A stretch of DNA of 63,989 nucleotides, the filler included, from Piptocephalis cylindrospora (Eukaryota): NCBI GenBank assembly GCA_003614145.1. It is 3 parts of 3 records of this genome, joined end to end, with 100 filler letters (N's around TTAATTAATTAA, not from the genome) between each part and the next. Parts side by side here need not be neighbours in the genome. Positions count along the whole stretch, not along the records: positions 50,227 to 63,989 come from KZ987937.1; 2 more parts are not named here. The stretch is one strand, 5' to 3'. Position 1 is the first letter of the stretch. The number at the start of each line of letters is the position of its first letter. Below are positions 60,639 through 63,989 of the stretch, piece by piece. A model generated the notes under the pieces. The model saw nothing but the letters and a program-made list of their open reading frames with translations, had not been told where the DNA came from and searched no databases. The position numbers were made by a program, and so were the translations under genes.

Positions 60639-61697
60639 GGTATATAGGCTGAGTGTTAAGACGGGGGGAGGGGGGGATCAGGAGAGAGCGGATGTCGCTA
60701 AAAGGAAAGAGGTAGAAGAAGGTATGTGGATAAGGGAAGGAGAGATTGCGATATATCCCAAGCTCCGAGGCACCCTCCTTTCTCACGGGGCGAGGGGGTT
60801 TCCACAAGTTCTTGGTGCCCCCCGCCTCTGCTGAGTCCTTTGACCCCAGAATACCCGATCCCAGGACTAGTATTGCATATATAAAGTAAACCATCATGGT
60901 CTTATCCTTGTTTACGCACCTGACTAGCGCCACAGAAATATACTATCTCGTTAAAATGTGAAATTCTCTTCTCTCATCCCATTTTATGATGAATCCCTCA
61001 ATCTCACCCATAGCTTTCCAAGGATGCCGGATTGATTATAGAATGAGATATCAATCTATTCTTGTGATCACCAAAAGCTTCTTGGTCTTGATACCCAGCA
61101 TTACTGCTATCAATATCTGGGGATAGACGGTGTGTGTACGCCGTTTTGTGGGGTATTCTTATTGATAAAGCTCTCCTTTGCATATCCACCTCAGCGGAGG
61201 ATGAAGTGATGAAGATGTCCAAGTGAGTCCTGGCCCTTGATCAGTATCAAGGAGACCTCCAATGCACGGGTGATCATTTTCATTCAAAAATCACAGACAG
61301 CTTTCTTTGATTCAATCGATACTGCTTTTCCTTCAAGGGAACATGCCCCTCCCTCACATTCCTGGTGCTCAGACGGGGTTGGGTGCATGAAGATGATGCA
61401 GTTGTGTGACTGAATTTGAGTCCCCCCTCTCGAGGGGGGGATCACCATGCTCAACCTGATCTGGGTAGGTAGATGCCGCATCCAATTAGTACCTGTCTGG
61501 TCGTTGCACTGACGCCCTCTGCCACCCGATTTGTCCTCTAACAATAACAATAAAGGTATTAATAGGGATGTATTCTGACTCTATCTGTACCCCCCCTCTC
61601 CCTCTACTCCTACCAGACACCCACTTGTCCAGCCCATCTTGCCTCTTCTCCGTTCTCTTGCCCTTCCATCTTCTCATCTTATCCCCCACGCAACACT

Positions 61698-63784
61698 ATG
61701 GAAAACCCTGATTGGCAGTTTGAAAAAGTGGTTGGTGACCCGATTCATGTAAGATGACCCTGAGACCCCTCCTCCCCCAATCTAGTGTTCGCTTAGCTCA
61801 CTCTGCACGCAGAAATACATCCGTCTAGATGATCTGTGTTGGGATGTTGTGGACACGGAGGAGTTCCAACGTCTTCGAGACCTAAAGCAACTGGGTTCGG
61901 CCTACTATGTATTTCCGGGGGCATCACACAACCGATTTGAGCATTCCATTGGCGTGTCGTATCTGGCAGGAAAGACGGTGGAACGGTTCAAGAATCGCCA
62001 ACCTGGATTAGAATTAACCGAGGGGGATGTGCGGTGTGTCCGCATTGCCGGTCTGTGCCATGACATTGGGCATGGACCGTTTAGCCATGTTTTTGACAAT
62101 GAATTTATCCCTAGAGCTAGGTAAGAGGGTGGGAAGGGATGAGCCGGCCTAGCGACTGTATTCTCACTGCTACATCTGATAGACCTGGTGTATCTTGGTC
62201 GCACGAGGAAGGGAGCGAGATGATGCTGGAATACCTTGTGGAAGAGAATAACATTGATCTGGATGCAGAAGATGTCCGGTTCATCAAGGCGCTGATCTCT
62301 GGGGTTCCGTCGCATGCGGAGCAAAGGGATGGTAAGAGGTTTTTGTTTGACATTGTGGCTAATAAGCGCAATGGCATTGATGTGGACAAGCTGGATTACC
62401 TGGCCCGGGATTGTCATTACCTCGGGGAGCAAGCGGGGTATGATGGGCAGAGGCTCCTAGAGTTCAGCGAGGTACGGGATGACCAGGTGTGCTACTACCA
62501 TAAGGAGGTATATAACATCTACGAGCTCTTCAACACCCGGTACTCCCTCTTCAAGCGCATTTACTGCCATCGGGTTGGAAAAGCCATTGAGTACATGATC
62601 ACTGATGCACTCCTTGCCGCCGACCCTGTCCTGGGGATTTCCGATGCCATTGGACGGCCTGACCAGTACAAGCAATTGACCGATACTGTACTGAGGCAAA
62701 TTGAGTTTTCCAAGGATGAGGTAAGGGTTGCATGGAAGATGGGGGAGAGAGAGGTAGGGGCCGAGGCAGGGATAGCTTACCGTGGTCTTCCCTTATCCCC
62801 CAGGCACTTGCCTCATCAAGGGACATTATCCGCAGGATTCGACAAAGGAATTTGTATCGCTTTGTGTGCGAGTACCTCATCCCCCCCAACTGGATGACCC
62901 ATTTGACCAAGGTGTGTTTTTTTGATACTGGAGGATACCTTCCCCCTGATACAATGGCGTCCATCTTACCCCTACCTCTACATCTAGGAGAAGATCAATG
63001 AAAATGCCATCATTGACCACCAACCGTCAGGATCTCATTTAAATAAGGAGGATGTGATTGTAGAGTGGGCCAAGTTAAATTACGGAAGTGGAGACAAGAA
63101 CCCTGTGGATTCAGTCAAGTTCTACTCTAAACACGATCATCATGGTAAATCGGACAGACAATGATGTATTTCTGTTGCTATATTTCCTCTTCTCACACCC
63201 ATCTCACATTCCACGTTCACAGAGGCCTTTCACATCTCCAAGGAGAGAGTGAGTCTCCTGGTACCAGAGAGGTATCAAGAAGTGATTATTCGTGTCTACA
63301 CACGGGATACAAACAAGGTGAGGCTGGATGAGGAAAGTTTTATGGTGTAGTGGTGAATGGGAAGAAAATCAACGAGCTGCTCACCTTTCACTTCCACACT
63401 CCCTTTCCATAGATCCGAGCGGTTCTAGAGGCATTTCAGAGGCTCATGGCGACGTTCATTTCCTCTTCCGACGCGTCGGAGCCTTTGGGATTGGATAGGA
63501 TGGTGCGGTGGAGAAGTCCAAAAAAGAGACGGTATGTCTCAATGCAGGAAGATGACATGCCAGAGAAACCCAAGTACCGGAACTTGACGGCTCGTCTGGA
63601 AGAAACATCCCGTACCTCCGTGGAGGTTGGAAACGATGCTGGCGATGCAGAGAGAGGCGAGATGGACGTCAAGGGAAGACATCCCCCTAATCCCTTTTCC
63701 CCTTTGACGCCCAATTCTCTCCGGTCCAACTCGGTCTCCATGTCCTCTTCGCCCATCGTGAAGGAATGGGTGGATCGAGGATGA
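61698..63784 (+). CDS. SAMHD1-like HD-domain dNTP triphosphohydrolase (no SAM domain), multi-exon
   Basis: ATG 61698 ..GDPIH|; [83 protein letters not shown]. The last exon ends at 63784. Confidence 0.9.
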
Positions 63785-63989
63785 TATTGGAGACGGAGAG
63801 GTATGAAAATAGTCAATGAATTTTGCTTGGTCTTGTCACACCTCCCACTGGACTTTACGGAGGATGGGAAGTGAGCGGTGCCATTACAATTGACACACGT
63901 GATTAAGGTCATATGATGGGGCTGAGGGCTGATCCATTGTGATCCTAAAGCGCTTCCAGGGGTCGTCAGTCCCCCCTCCCTCCCCCCCC

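Noticed and set aside
61421..61441. C6-TCTCGA-G7 hairpin between ChaC and the SAMHD1-like gene
   Set aside because: A single low-complexity inverted repeat with no second copy or target-site duplication.

Overview
Eukaryotic genomic DNA, gene-dense with many short (~60-140 nt) GT-AG introns. It is most consistent with an early-diverging fungus (Zoopagomycota/Mucoromycota-like; this is inference from gene content and intron style). The window is three contigs joined by two artificial 100-bp spacers (N44-TTAATTAATTAA-N44), so synteny across 25.1 kb and 50.2 kb is not reliable. About 19 protein-coding genes can be supported. Contig 1 carries a possible mitochondrial TyrRS 3' end, SER1, a WD40 protein, a secreted 3D-domain (MltA-like) protein with a (KKG)n tail, ELG1/ATAD5, YRB1/RanBP1, a SWSAP1-like protein, a DAP1-family protein and a ~20-intron telomerase reverse transcriptase. 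Contig 2 carries an alpha-arrestin, two intronless secreted orphans, a GON4L/DUO3-like protein, a DH-PH-C2 RhoGEF, SSB-type Hsp70 and DCP2. Contig 3 carries UBR1 (truncated), TFB2, ChaC/GCG1 and a SAMHD1-like dNTPase. No rRNA, tRNA, CRISPR or transposon was found. The strongest leads are the DAP1-like candidate ribosome-hibernation factor, the bacterial-type 3D-domain secreted protein, the GON4L-like and SWSAP1-like proteins, repeated TP-linked leucine helices in Dcp2, promoter-clustered ACGCGT (MCB) motifs and recurrent +1 frameshifts at G8 runs. All family calls come from manual motif recognition, not database searches.
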